From contig QPMI01000017.1 in the NCBI GenBank assembly GCA_004431415.1, forward strand, positions 248,001 through 312,000: a stretch of 64,000 nucleotides of DNA, in the 5' to 3' direction. The notes below the pieces were generated by a model. The model was not told where the DNA came from. It saw nothing but the letters and a program-made list of their open reading frames with translations, and made no database searches. Shown piece after piece: positions 10,488-21,200 of this stretch; within the stretch, counting starts at the first letter, position 1, and the number at the start of each line of letters is the position of its first letter. The stretch is from Cyanophora paradoxa CCMP329. Its lineage: Eukaryota; Plantae; Glaucophyta. Made by a program: the position numbers and the translations under genes.

Positions 10488-11296
10488 TTATTTTTCACCA
10501 AGTTCATAGTTAGTCATTATGATATGGTTCCTTTTTCGTTTTGTTATACCATACACTTTGCCATACGTATGGCGAATATAGGGTTTAAATAGGAGTTTCA
10601 TTAAAAGAGCATCATTTACAACCATCATAACCTTGCATTTCGCTGTCTTAAATAGGTCTTCCAAATCCAAAAAGAAGGTTTCTAAATCGAATTCTACATT
10701 TTCGTAAAAGTCATTATTGCTGTTTACGTATGGAGGATCGAGAAATATAAAAGCCGCTTCATCATCTCTATATTTGGCTACAATATCGCGAAAATCCCCA
10801 TGGATAGGCTGGCTCCTTTAATAAAATCATCGTAAGGTATCTTCTTTTTAAGAGTTGTATATGGACTCACCTTCACGTTTCGTTTTTTGAAATCACGGAG
10901 GGTTTTAACATTTAAAACGCTGTTTTTAAGAAGATAGAAATGGTGAGCTAAGTAATCCATTGCATCTTTACGATCATGTTGTAGAAACTTCTTATAGACT
11001 TCTTTATGCTCTTCTATATTGCTTACTGCTTCGAACTGTTTAAGACTCTCTAAGAGTTTAACTTTATTGTCTGGGTCTTTCATTGTATTCAAAAAAAGGG
11101 TATGGGTTTCGTCGTTATCATTCATATAATAATCAAACCGGTCTTTATGCTTTTCCCAAAGATAGAAACTACAAGCACCTGAACCACAAAACGGTTCTAT
11201 AACTTTATTAATTCCTTCTAAATCGATATATGGATAGATCGTATCCATTTCATTATACTTGTTGCCGGTATATTTATGGTAAAAGTGAGTCTTCAT
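10488..11296 (-). CDS. D12-class N6-adenine DNA methyltransferase (Dam-like), one frameshift at ~10802
   Basis: YTGNK, motif I EPFCGSGA, ND; after adding one base reads GDFRDIV..FIFLDPPY and continues into ORF 10488-10670. Confidence 0.88.
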
Positions 11297-11505
11297 TTAT
11301 TATAGGAAGAGAAAAACAATTTATATATGTATCTCGCATGTTGTTTGCATGTATCTTGCATAGTGGGCGGGGCGCGAGTGGTTCCAGTGCATTAAATGGA
11401 ACATTTCGATTGAAGTCGCGAGTTTGTGCAGGTGGGCATTTTCGGCATGCTTGCTCATGCACATACTCGCTTTAAAAAATATAAATCTCATTTTAAAATC
11501 ATAAA

Positions 11506-11829
11506 TTAGCTCGTCCGAGTCTCACTATAACACTGTCGGCATTTATAGTAGAGACCATCCTTCGTATTTTGCTTTTTATTATACTCGCTTGCAGGCTTCT
11601 CAATCTTGCAATCCGGGCATATCTTCGATTGTACTTCGATTTTCGGACGCGTTTTTAAGACATTGTGATAGTGATCATTTTGATAGTCACGGTGGCACTC
11701 TATGCATCTCCAATATAATGTTATATTTCCCGACTTGCACTTGCGCAAAGGGAACCACGATGCAGGCTTGACCTCTTTGCACACATTGCACAGTTTACTT
11801 TTAGGTAAGGGGAGCTGATTACCCGGCAT
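11506..11829 (-). CDS. Protein of two tandem CxxC..KP..CxxC zinc-ribbon repeats
   Basis: KLCNVCKEVKP..CIEC and KICPDCKIEKP..CRQC, a repeat type common in phage and giant-virus nucleases. Confidence 0.7.
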   Translation of the reverse strand: MPGNQLPLPKSKLCNVCKEVKPASWFPLRKCKSGNITLYWRCIECHRDYQNDHYHNVLKTRPKIEVQSKICPDCKIEKPASEYNKKQNTKDGLYYKCRQCYSETRTS

Positions 11830-11848
11830 CTTTATACTTGTATAGTGG

Positions 11849-11861
11849 GAAATCTTTAAGT
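11849..11861 (-). promoter_or_regulatory. ACTTAAAGATTTC motif upstream of the Zn-ribbon gene
   Basis: Exact reverse-strand copy of 534-546, beginning 32 bp before ATG 11829. Confidence 0.5.
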
Positions 11862-11929
11862 GGGGATATACGCACTATATAAGTTAATTTAACCTATCGG
11901 TGGGGCTCACCTTGATTTTTCAAATTGGA

Positions 11930-12222
11930 CTACTGAAAACAGTTCGACAAGGATCAGGAACATTACGCAAAAAATAGGGTCTTACTGTCCTTACTGAGAG
12001 ATCGGGGAAAGTTAAAGGGCTTACTGGGAATGGTAAGGAATTAGAAAAATGAAGAATGAAAGGGTTTCGTGATTGGTTTCAGTAAGGAAGGGTTAGATGT
12101 TTGAAAAATACAATGTGGCTCAGTGCGAATTTGTGATTTTGTGACTGAGATTCGTGATGCTGAAAATGTGCTTATTGAAAATGGTCGCGGGAAGGTCGCG
12201 TAATTGGTGGGGGCCACCCCCA
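11930..12222. repeat. Putative right terminal (TIR) region of element B, ending in CA
   Basis: Non-coding, repeated CTTACTG (11981, 11990, 12020; inverted at 12080) and a GC hairpin GGTGG-GGG-CCACC. Terminal CA at the composition boundary with host DNA. Confidence 0.6.
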
Positions 12223-15200
12223 TGCGAGCAGCAACTGAAACAAATCCGGGACTCTCTGAAGAAGAGCCTGGACGACAGTCGGCGAGAGCTCGAAGCGGCG
12301 CGCTCGCAGCACTATTGCCTGCAGTTCCTTGTGACCCGCCAAGTGTGGGGCATTGTCGACTTTCTTCGGTACGATTTCGACGAGGCGACGGCCTTGCGCG
12401 TTCGGAGCTCGCTGCGCCTCTACCGGCCGTCCATCACGGCGCAGGCGGTCAGAGACGCATGGCAGCTGCAGGAGGTTAACATGGACGATCTGGCGGGCTG
12501 CTTCGAGAGCGCCGCGGGCTTCGTCGAGATGTGCGAGCGGTTGTGCCCCCTCCCGCAGCTGACGCCGTTCCCGCGCCTTACCGGGATGCGCACCTCGGAC
12601 TCGGTCGAGCACCTCCTCGTCGCGGCCGTCAACTCCCGCGAGCACGCCGTCAACGTCCTCTTCTCGCTCTGCATGACGGACGGGCGCGTGCCGGCGCGCA
12701 GCCAGGTCCTCTTCTGCTCGCCCTCGACCACGCTGGAGGAGGTGCTCCTCCTCGTCGAGCGCTGCCGCCACGCCAAGGCGCGCGGGTTCGGGGACCGCCT
12801 CTTTTACATCGTGCACGCCGAGCTACTCCAGTACGAGCTGCAGGTCGTCCTCTCCGGCCTCCTGCGGCAGATGGAGCGGGAGGTGCACCTGCACCCGTTC
12901 CGCCTCGCCGTCATCTGCTGCCGCCAGGGCGTCGCCTCGGAGCAGTCGCAGCTGCTCGCCGACTTCGCCGCAACGCTGCACCCGACGAGCGGCCTGCAGG
13001 ACGGCGTCGTGCGGGAAGCAGCGGCGGCGCTCCTGCCGTTCGTTTTCGTCGTCACCTCGGAGGCCGCCGGCCTCGGCAAGTCGGAGTTCATCTCCCTGCA
13101 GTGCTACAAGCGGGACCTGGAGCCGCGCCTCCTCACCGTGACCGGCGCGCTCGACGCGCAGCAGCTCGTGCGGCGGATCGAGGCGCTGGGCCTCGCGCCC
13201 GGCCGGGATGCCCTCCACATCGACATCGGGCCCGTCGACTCGCCCCACGCCCTCAACATCTTCCTCCTCGAGCTCCTCCTGCTGCGTACCGTGTGCGCAG
13301 GTGACGATGTCTTCACCATGCCCGACGTGCCCGTGTTCGTCGAGGTCGGCACCGTCGCCGGCGCCCCGCTCCTCTCGGCGCTCTCCTTCTGCCGCCACCT
13401 CCCCACTCGGAATCTCCTCTGGTCGCTCGAGCGTGTCGTCGTCAGCATGGAGCCCTCGAGCGTCGACCAGCTTGTCTGCAGGCGCGTGGCCTCTGCAGAC
13501 CCCGCGCGCGCATGTAAACCTTCTAATTGTCGTGGCGCAGATACCTGCACGCCCTTGGGAATGGCACGCTGGAGACGCAGGACATTGCGATCAAGCAGGC
13601 GGGGTTGGCGGCCCTCCCCCTTCCCACCTGCCGCGCGCTGCTCAGCAAGCACTTCTTCGAGCACGAGCGCGTGGCCCGGCGGGCGCCCTACACCGCCCTG
13701 CAGACCTTCCTGCGCGTGCTGGGCTATCAGCTCGTCCGGCTGAGCCGCAGCCCCTTCTTCCGGGTCGCCCACCTCCGCTACGCCACGCAGCGCGTCGGGG
13801 CAGCGTCGGGGACGCGCTCGCTCCTGGTGCGCTCGCTGGTGGACATGGCGGCGGAGTTCGCGTCGCTGCACGACCCGGCGCAGCGCGCGGCGGCGGCGGC
13901 GGCGCACGGGACGGACGAGATCGAGCACTGCGTCGACCGCTTCTCGCGCATGATCCGGTGGTCGGCCGCCGAGAACAACCACCTCTTCGTTCTCTTCCAC
14001 CCCGCCGGATCCCTCACCGCCCTCTACCGGGACCCCGGCACCGTGCCCGAGACCATCCGCTCCCTCCTCCAGGGCCAGGACGAGACCAACACCATCCCGT
14101 CTGGGTCTTCCTCGACGAGATCAACACGAGCGAGTGCCTCGGGCTCGTCAGCGAGGTCGTCTGCCGCCACACGCTGCACGGCCGGCCCGTCGCCCGCAGC
14201 GTCTCCTTCCTCGCGGCGTGCAACCCGTACAAGCGCCGCTCCCCGCAGGCGATGCAGAGCCAGGCGCAGGCCGGCCTGAAGCTGCGGCAGCGGGACGACC
14301 CGATGTCGCGGCTCGTGTACCGCGTGCACCCGCTCCCCGAACGGCTCGCGGACTTCGTTTGGGACTTTGGTTCGCTGAGCCGCGAGGACGAGACGCGCTA
14401 CGTCCGCGCCATGGTCCTCGGCAGCGAGTTCCTCCGCCTGCTCGACGGAGTGGCGTACCACGAGCGCCTCGTGTACCAGCGGGTCGTCCCCGGCCTGCTC
14501 GTCGCCTCGCAGGAGTTCGTGGCGAAGAACGAGGCGGTGTCGGCGGTGAGCCTGCGGGACGTCAACCGCTGCATCTTCCTCATGGCCAAGTTCCTCGCCC
14601 TGCTCCGCCGCAAGCGCGACCTCGACGCCACGCTGCTCTCCTCCAAGAAGAAGTCGGGCGGCAAGGGCAAGCCCAGCCGCGGCCGGCGCGGGACGGGGGA
14701 TCCGGAGCCGCTGGAGGAGCACCGGAACAAGGAGCCGAAGGGCGAGCTGCCCGTCCGCGCCGTCGTGCTGGCCCTCGCCCACTGCTACTACTGCCGCCTC
14801 CCGACCCGCGAGCTGCGCGACAAGTACGCGGTCCTCGTCGCGCGCGAGCTGCAGCCGCTCGTGGCCGTGCTGCAGCGGTCCAGGTTCGACGAGCGCGACG
14901 TCAAGGAGATCGTGCGGTGGGAGCAGAAGGACTACCTGCGGCGGATGACGCTCCCGGAACCGCGCCATCCACCTCGCCCGCCCCGAGCCCGACCGCACCG
15001 ACCTCTACGAGACCGCTCTCGCCATCGTCCACGCCGAGGCGCGCCGCGCGCCCCAGTGAGGAAGTGATCTTGAGGCTAACATCAACACTCTCCAGGTCGA
15101 GGGGCGCGCGAGGTTCCTGCACGGCAGTACCGTGCGCAGCCTCGCGACCGCGTATCACAACTACCAGCGGGAGATGCGGGGCGCGCCCTACGAGAACTTC

Positions 15201-18200
15201 CACGGCCTGCGCGACTACTACAGGTGATGCCCCCCGGGCCTCGCTTCCGCTCTTCTGCCTCCTCATCGCTAACACGGGGTCAGCCTTGTCAAGAGCCTCG
15301 CGCGGGCCGAGGCGGCGATCGCGAGCGCGGGCTCGGACAGCAAGCAGGGCAGCAAGCTCGAGGTCTTCATGCGGGCCCTGCAGCGCAACTTCGGCGGCCT
15401 CGCGGCGGTCGCGCCGCCCGAGCGGGCCGGCAAGGTTATTTCGAAGTTCCTCGAGGATTTGAACCTGGTTCCGAAGGGCGCCGGCGCCTCGGCCGTCACG
15501 CGCCCACCCGTGCTGGAGCTTATCCGCGAGAACTGGCTCGACACCGAGGCCCGCCCGCCCGCCCCGCCCCGCTCCGCCCCGCCGTGCGAGCGGCGGCCCC
15601 TTCTGAGGCGCGGGCGCAGGCGCGGCACCTGCTGGTGGCCTCGGGGTGCGACGCGACGCTGGGGATCCCGCAGACGGAGCTGGCCCCCGTGCTCGCCGCG
15701 CGGGGCCGCAGCCTCGTCCTCATCGCGGGGAGCGCCTTCCCCGACGATGCGGGGAGCGAGGAGTACGCGTACCGCGTCCTCAGCCGCGTCATCCTCTCGA
15801 TGGAGGCCGGCAACTGCGTCATCCTGAAGGACCTCAACGTGTACGGCGCCCTCTACGACATGCTCAACCAGCACTACAGCATCGGCGCGGGGGACAAGCG
15901 CTACTGCCGCGTCGCCCTCGGGGCCTTCACGAGCCCGCCGTGCCACGTCGACGAGCTCTTCCGCTGCGTCGTCGTTGTCGACCGCGACGAGGTCGAGCTC
16001 CAGGGTGCGAGGCCGCGCGGCGCGCGCCGCTCGCGCGCGCGCCTTCTCACGCAGACCTCAACACGCGCATGTGCAGACCCGCCCTTCCTGAACCGCTTCG
16101 AGAAGCAGGTGGTCTCCTACGAGGACATCCTCACGGACGGCCAGCGCGCCCTCATCCGCGAGCTCTCCCGCTGGGCCCGCGACGCCGCCACCTGCGCCCT
16201 GCCCGGGAGCAGCTTCACCGAGGAGCGGCCCGAGCGCTCCTTCTGTGGCTTCAACGAGGACACCCTCCCCTCCCTCGCCCGCCTCCACCTCCCCGCCGCC
16301 CCCGCCCCTGCTCCGCCCGAGGCCGGCGCCGCTGCCGGGCCCGGCGCCGGGGCCGGGGCCGGTGCCGAGGCGGACCGGGCGGGGGCGCTGGAGCGGTGCA
16401 AGGGGGACCTTGTGGCAACGATGACGGAGGACTGCGCGGCGCGGCTCGACTGCACGCGCCTCGGCCGCTCTGACGCGCCCGAGGCCGCCCGCGTCGCCGC
16501 CCTCTACGCCGGGCAGGAGCACCGCTCGCTCGCCCGCTTCCTCGACCGCGCCGTCGAAGGCTGGCGGGAGCGGCCCGAGGCGTGGGGCGGCGCCGCCGGC
16601 GTCACGGCCATCGTGTACACGTTCTCGCAGCCGACGTCGGCGCCGCCGCTGGGGGCCGCCGGGCGGCGGTCGTCGTGCTGGGCGCGGTGCGGCGCGAGGC
16701 GGACTTCGTGGCGCGGCTGAAGGGCTTCTGGGCGGCGGGGGCGCCCGAGGAGGTGCTCGTCGTGCAGTGCGCGGCGGGGCCCGACCGGGCGACGCTGCCC
16801 CTCGCCGCCGCCCTCCTCGAGCAGCACCGCGAGGCCTACGCCCGCGCGGGGGGCCGCCCGGCAAGCACGCCCTCCTCCTCGTCCACCTCGACCGCGCCGC
16901 CTCGGCCTCCGCCCCTTCAGCCACCTCGGCCAGGTGCCCCCGCCCCGACGCCCTAGGCCTTCGCCCCCCCGGCGCCGCGGCTCAGGCGCGGGGCAGTGGC
17001 GGCAGGTGGCGATCGACGCGCTGGAGCCGCCGGCGGCGGTCGTCGTCGTGGGCCCGCTGCGGGGCACGCCGGTCGCCGAGCTGCTCGCGGCCGGGCGCCT
17101 GGACGCGCTGCTGCTGGAGGCCCTCCCGTGGTCCCTCGCCGCCCTCCGCTACCGCCGCGCCGCCGGGGCCGAGGAGCACGTCCGCGCCGTCCGCGCCGCC
17201 CTCCGCTCTTCCCCGAGGCCCTCGCCCTCCTCCGGCCCCTCGTCGCCGCCGCCCTCCCGCCGACCCCGCCGCCGGCGGGGGCGCCGACTGGGCCCAGCGC
17301 GTCGCCTCCAGCCTCGAGGCGCGCCCCGCCCGCCCCGGACCCTCGCCCACGCCGTCCCGCCCTGACGCTCGGCCGCAGGCGCTGGCGCTGTCGGCGTCGC
17401 TGGAGGCGGCGCTGCTGGAGGCGCTGCGGCGGCAGCTGCGGGGGCCCCTCGCCAAGGTCCTCCTCCAGCTCGAGCGCGAGGAGCTCCTCGCCACCCTCGC
17501 CGCCCGCCCCGCCCCCGCCGCCGCCGCCTTCGCCGCCGCCGGCCCCGTCCTCGCCCCGGGCCTTGCCGATGTCGCCGGGCTGCCCCCGCCCGAGCTCGAG
17601 GGGTACGAGGTCGCGGGGCCGGCCCCGGCGCGCCTCGTGCCGCTCTCGCGCGCCCTCCACCGCCGCCTCGAGGAGTACCGCGAGGGGCACGGCCTGCGCC
17701 TCGCCGCCCTCCGCAGGCGCCGCGAGGAGGCCGCCCAGCCCCGGGGCGGGGCGAGGGGGGCGAGGAGGAGGCCTCGCCGAGCCCCGAGGAGGCCTGCTGC
17801 GAGGAGCTGCGGGCGACGCTCCCCGCCGAGCTCGCCGCGGCGGCGCGCGCCGTCGTCGGCGACGGGGCCGACGACTACGCCCGCGACTTCGCACTCAGCG
17901 TGCGCGCCCGCCCCGCGCCCCGCGCCCCGCGCCCTGCGGCCGACGGCGGGGCATGGGCAGGCGGCGCAGGAGCTGGCGGGCTTCCCGTCGCTGGAGGAGG
18001 CCCGCGACGCCGTCCTCTGGCTCCTCCGCGCCCTCCACCCGGCGCCCTTTGCCGACGCCCTCGCCGTCCACTGCGCCTGGTGGGCCGCCGCCGAGCAGAC
18101 CGCCGCCTGCCTCGCCCTCCTCGCCGCCTGCGCCGCCGTCGTCCCCGTCGCCGAGGCGGCCGGCGGGGCCTTTGAGGGCGGCCCCGAGCGCCTGCGCGTG

Positions 18201-21200
18201 CACGTCGCCGACCGCATCTGCCGCGCCATCCTCGCCGCCGCCGCCGCCTCCGACGAGGGGCCCGAGGAGGGCGGCGAGGGCGGCGGCTGGCTGCGCGCCG
18301 CCCGCTACGTCGTCGCGCAGGTGGCCGCCGGGGGCCCCTTCGAGGTGCCCCCCACGGCCGCCTTCCAGCTCCTCCGCGTCTGCGCGGAGCTGGCGCCCTG
18401 CCTCCGGGGCGCCGGGGCCCGCGGGGCGCGGGAGGCGCGGGCGTCGCTGCTGCGGGAGGTGGCGGCGCTGGGCGAGGGCGCGGGGCCCGAGCCGCTCGCC
18501 TCGGCCGCCTTCGTGGGCGGCCTGCTGGCGCTGCTGGAGCGGCGCGGGGCGGTGCTGGATGGGGCGGCGCTGGAGCGCTTCGAGGCCGGCCTCTTCGCGC
18601 GCTGCCTCGGGGCCGTCGACCCCGAGCGGCCCCGCGAGGCCGCCCCGCTCCTCGAGGCCATCGCCCGGCGCCTGCTGCGCCCCGACGCGCGCCTCGGCGC
18701 GGGGGCGGCGCACGCGCTGGGCGCCCTCTTCGCGCTGGCCGCCGAGGAGCACGAGGCGCGGGCCGGGGCGCCGGCGGCCTTCTCCCTGGGGCTCTACGGG
18801 ACGCCCTGGGTGACCCCGCGCTGCTGGCCGCCCCGCCGGGCCTCGCCGCCGTGGACGCCGCCCTCGCCCTGCACCCGCCCGACGGCCCCACCGCGCCTTC
18901 GTCTCCGACGTCCTCCTCCTCAAGGTCCCTTCTCCTTACTCCGGCCTAACCTGTCCATTTCTTACTTAAGAGGGCGGCAGGTGTACGCGCGGGTGGGCCC
19001 GGCGGAGCTCGCGGCGGAGAGCGTCGTGGAGCGCGCCGTGGCCGAGTGCCTCGTCCACGCGTGCCGCCTCCTCGAGGACCCCGCCGCCGGCCCCCTCGCC
19101 ACGGCGTGCGCCGCAGCCTTCCTGCGGGCCGCCTGCGCGGCGGTGGCGCCCTACTGGGCCCCCGGCCCCGCCGCCCTGCACGGCCTGGGCCCGCACGTCG
19201 CCCGCGCATTCGAGTCGGCCCTCGCCGGCGCCTCGGAGCGCGCCCGCGGGGCCCAGCTCTGCCTCCTCCGCGCCATCCGCCGCGAGGCCGGGCCCGTCTC
19301 GGCGGCCGACCTGCGGGCGTGGTGCACGCAGAGCCTGGCGGGGCGCCTCGGCTGGCTCCAGGAGCTCCCGTGGCGCCCCGCGCCCCTCTCCCGCCTCGAC
19401 TACGACCCCTTCGCGGGGGCCGAGGGCCACTACGACTCCGCCCTCCGCGCGCTCGAGGCGCTCGCCGCGGGCCACGGCGAGGGGCCCCTCGAGGCGCTGC
19501 TGAAGGAGGCGGCGCAGAAGCCGGCGGCGCTCCTCGCCGCCGCGCAGGCGACCCTCGCCCGCTTCCTCCTCTCCCGCGCCGGCTTGGGCCCCGGCCCCGC
19601 CCTCGAGGCCGCCGCCCCCGCCTCGCCGCCCTCCTCGAGTCCCGCCTGCGGGGCCCCGCGCTGCGCCCCGCCGCCCGCCTCCTGTCCGCGTTCCTCTCGG
19701 GGCGGCGCGGGACCCGGGGCGTGCGCCCCGCCCCGGGCCTTCCTGGAGCTCTCGCCCGGCTGCGAGGCGGCGGACGTGCACCTCGCCGCCCTCTTCGCCC
19801 ACTGGGCCGCCCTCCTCGCCGCCGCCCCGCCCGCCGCCCTCCCATTCTCCGCCCTCTTCGCCGAGCCCGCCCGCGTCGCCGCCAGCTTCGTGCCCGGCGC
19901 CCCCTCCGGCGCCGAGGCCGCCGCCGCCCGCGCCCTGGGCGCCGCGGAGGGCGGCCGCGGCAGGTGGTACACGCACTCCTGCGGCTTCCGGTGCGCCCCG
20001 CCCCGCTCCCCCCGCGCCGCCCCCGCCCCGGCGAGCGCCTCGCAGGTACTTCGTGGCGAACTGCGGGCGGCCGATGGAGCGGGCGGCGTGCCCGAACCCG
20101 GCCTGCGCGGGGGCGGGGGCCCTCGGCGGGGCCGGCCACACGCCCGAGGCCGGCAACGCCGAGGCGGGGGCCCCCGAGGAGCGCCCGGGGCTGCCCCCGC
20201 TCGACCCCGCCGCCCTCGAGGCGGCCCCCGAGCACACCGAGCGCGGCCTCCACCCCGCCGCCTTCCGCATCCTCCGCCTCCTCTCGTCCCTCGCCCTCGC
20301 CGCCTCCGCCGCCGCCGGCCTCCTCCCCGCCCCCCTCGCCCCCGCCCTCTTTCGCGGCGGGGACGCCTCGCGGGCGCTCGAGGCGGCGGCGGCGGATGCC
20401 GGCGCGCTCTGCCGCCTCTTCGACGCGGACCTGCCCGCCCTCTGCCTCGCCCTCCACGGCCTCCTCCGCCGCCTCGCCGCCGACGCCCTCGCCGGCCGCG
20501 CCGCCCTCCCGCCCGCCGCCGTGGCGCTCGGGTCGGCGGCCGGCCGCGCGGCCTTCGAGCGCGCCTTCGAGGCGGCGTACGTGCGCCCGCTCGTCGAGGC
20601 GGGGGCCCGCGCCGCCGCCGCCGCCTTCCGGGAGGCCTCCCGCCGCCCGGGCGCCGCCCCGGGCTCCGGCCTCGAGGCCGAGCTCCTCGAGGGGCCCCGG
20701 CGCCCCCGCCGCGGACGCCGACCCGCGCCTGCCGCGCACCCTCGCCGCGGCCCGCGCGGGGACGGCGGAGGGCCTGCGGCGGGCCTTCCTGCTGCGGCCG
20801 GAGCTGCGGGGGTGGCACCCGGCGCTGGCGCTGCTGCTGGACGCCGAGGCGGGGGTCGAGCGAGTGCGGCGCGTGGCGCCGCTGGCGCGCTGGTCGGCGG
20901 CGCTCGCGAGGCGCCTGGAGCACGCGATCTCGCGGGAGAAGGCGCAGCAGCAGAGCGTGCGCCAGTTCCTCGAGTCGCGCCCCGCCCTCGAGCCCCTCTT
21001 CGAGGCCGGGCGGGCGGCCTGGGAGGAGGCCCGCCCCGGCCTGCAGGGCCCGCTGGAGTGCGTGCAGAACGTGCCCCCGGCCCCCGAGGCCACCCTCGAC
21101 TCCCCGCTCTCCCTCTTCCTCCCCGAGCGCCGCGACACGGGGTCCGCCCTCCCAGCCCCGCCCCGCCTCGCCCCGCCCCCCTCCTGCGCCGATCGCGTCG

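Larger units (their letters stand above)
1..12222. mobile_element. Endogenous Polinton/Maverick-like virus region, probably two nested elements; left end(s) lie outside the window
   Basis: Intron-free, tightly packed, AT-rich ORFs (roughly 35-45% GC in sampled lines vs >70% in host genes). Encodes protein-primed PolB and two rve integrases. Abrupt switch to GC-rich host coding sequence after ...CCACCCCCA at 12222. No capsid or packaging ATPase gene recognised in the window. Confidence 0.9.

Noticed and set aside
11274-11490. Small ORFs between the methylase and Zn-ribbon genes
   Set aside because: Short, frame ambiguous, no motifs.
12154-12222. ORF track start for the RNF213-like protein (MMLKMC..WWGPPP)
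   Set aside because: These codons lie in the viral terminal region; the in-frame fusion is incidental.
1-12222. Capsid, penton, packaging ATPase or adenain protease genes
   Set aside because: No ORF with recognisable motifs in the window; they may lie upstream, so virion capacity is undetermined.
1-12222. Bacterial or phage contamination
   Set aside because: PolB and integrases are of polinton type, no evident Shine-Dalgarno pattern, and there is a clean CA junction into a eukaryotic exon. A misassembly still needs a read check.
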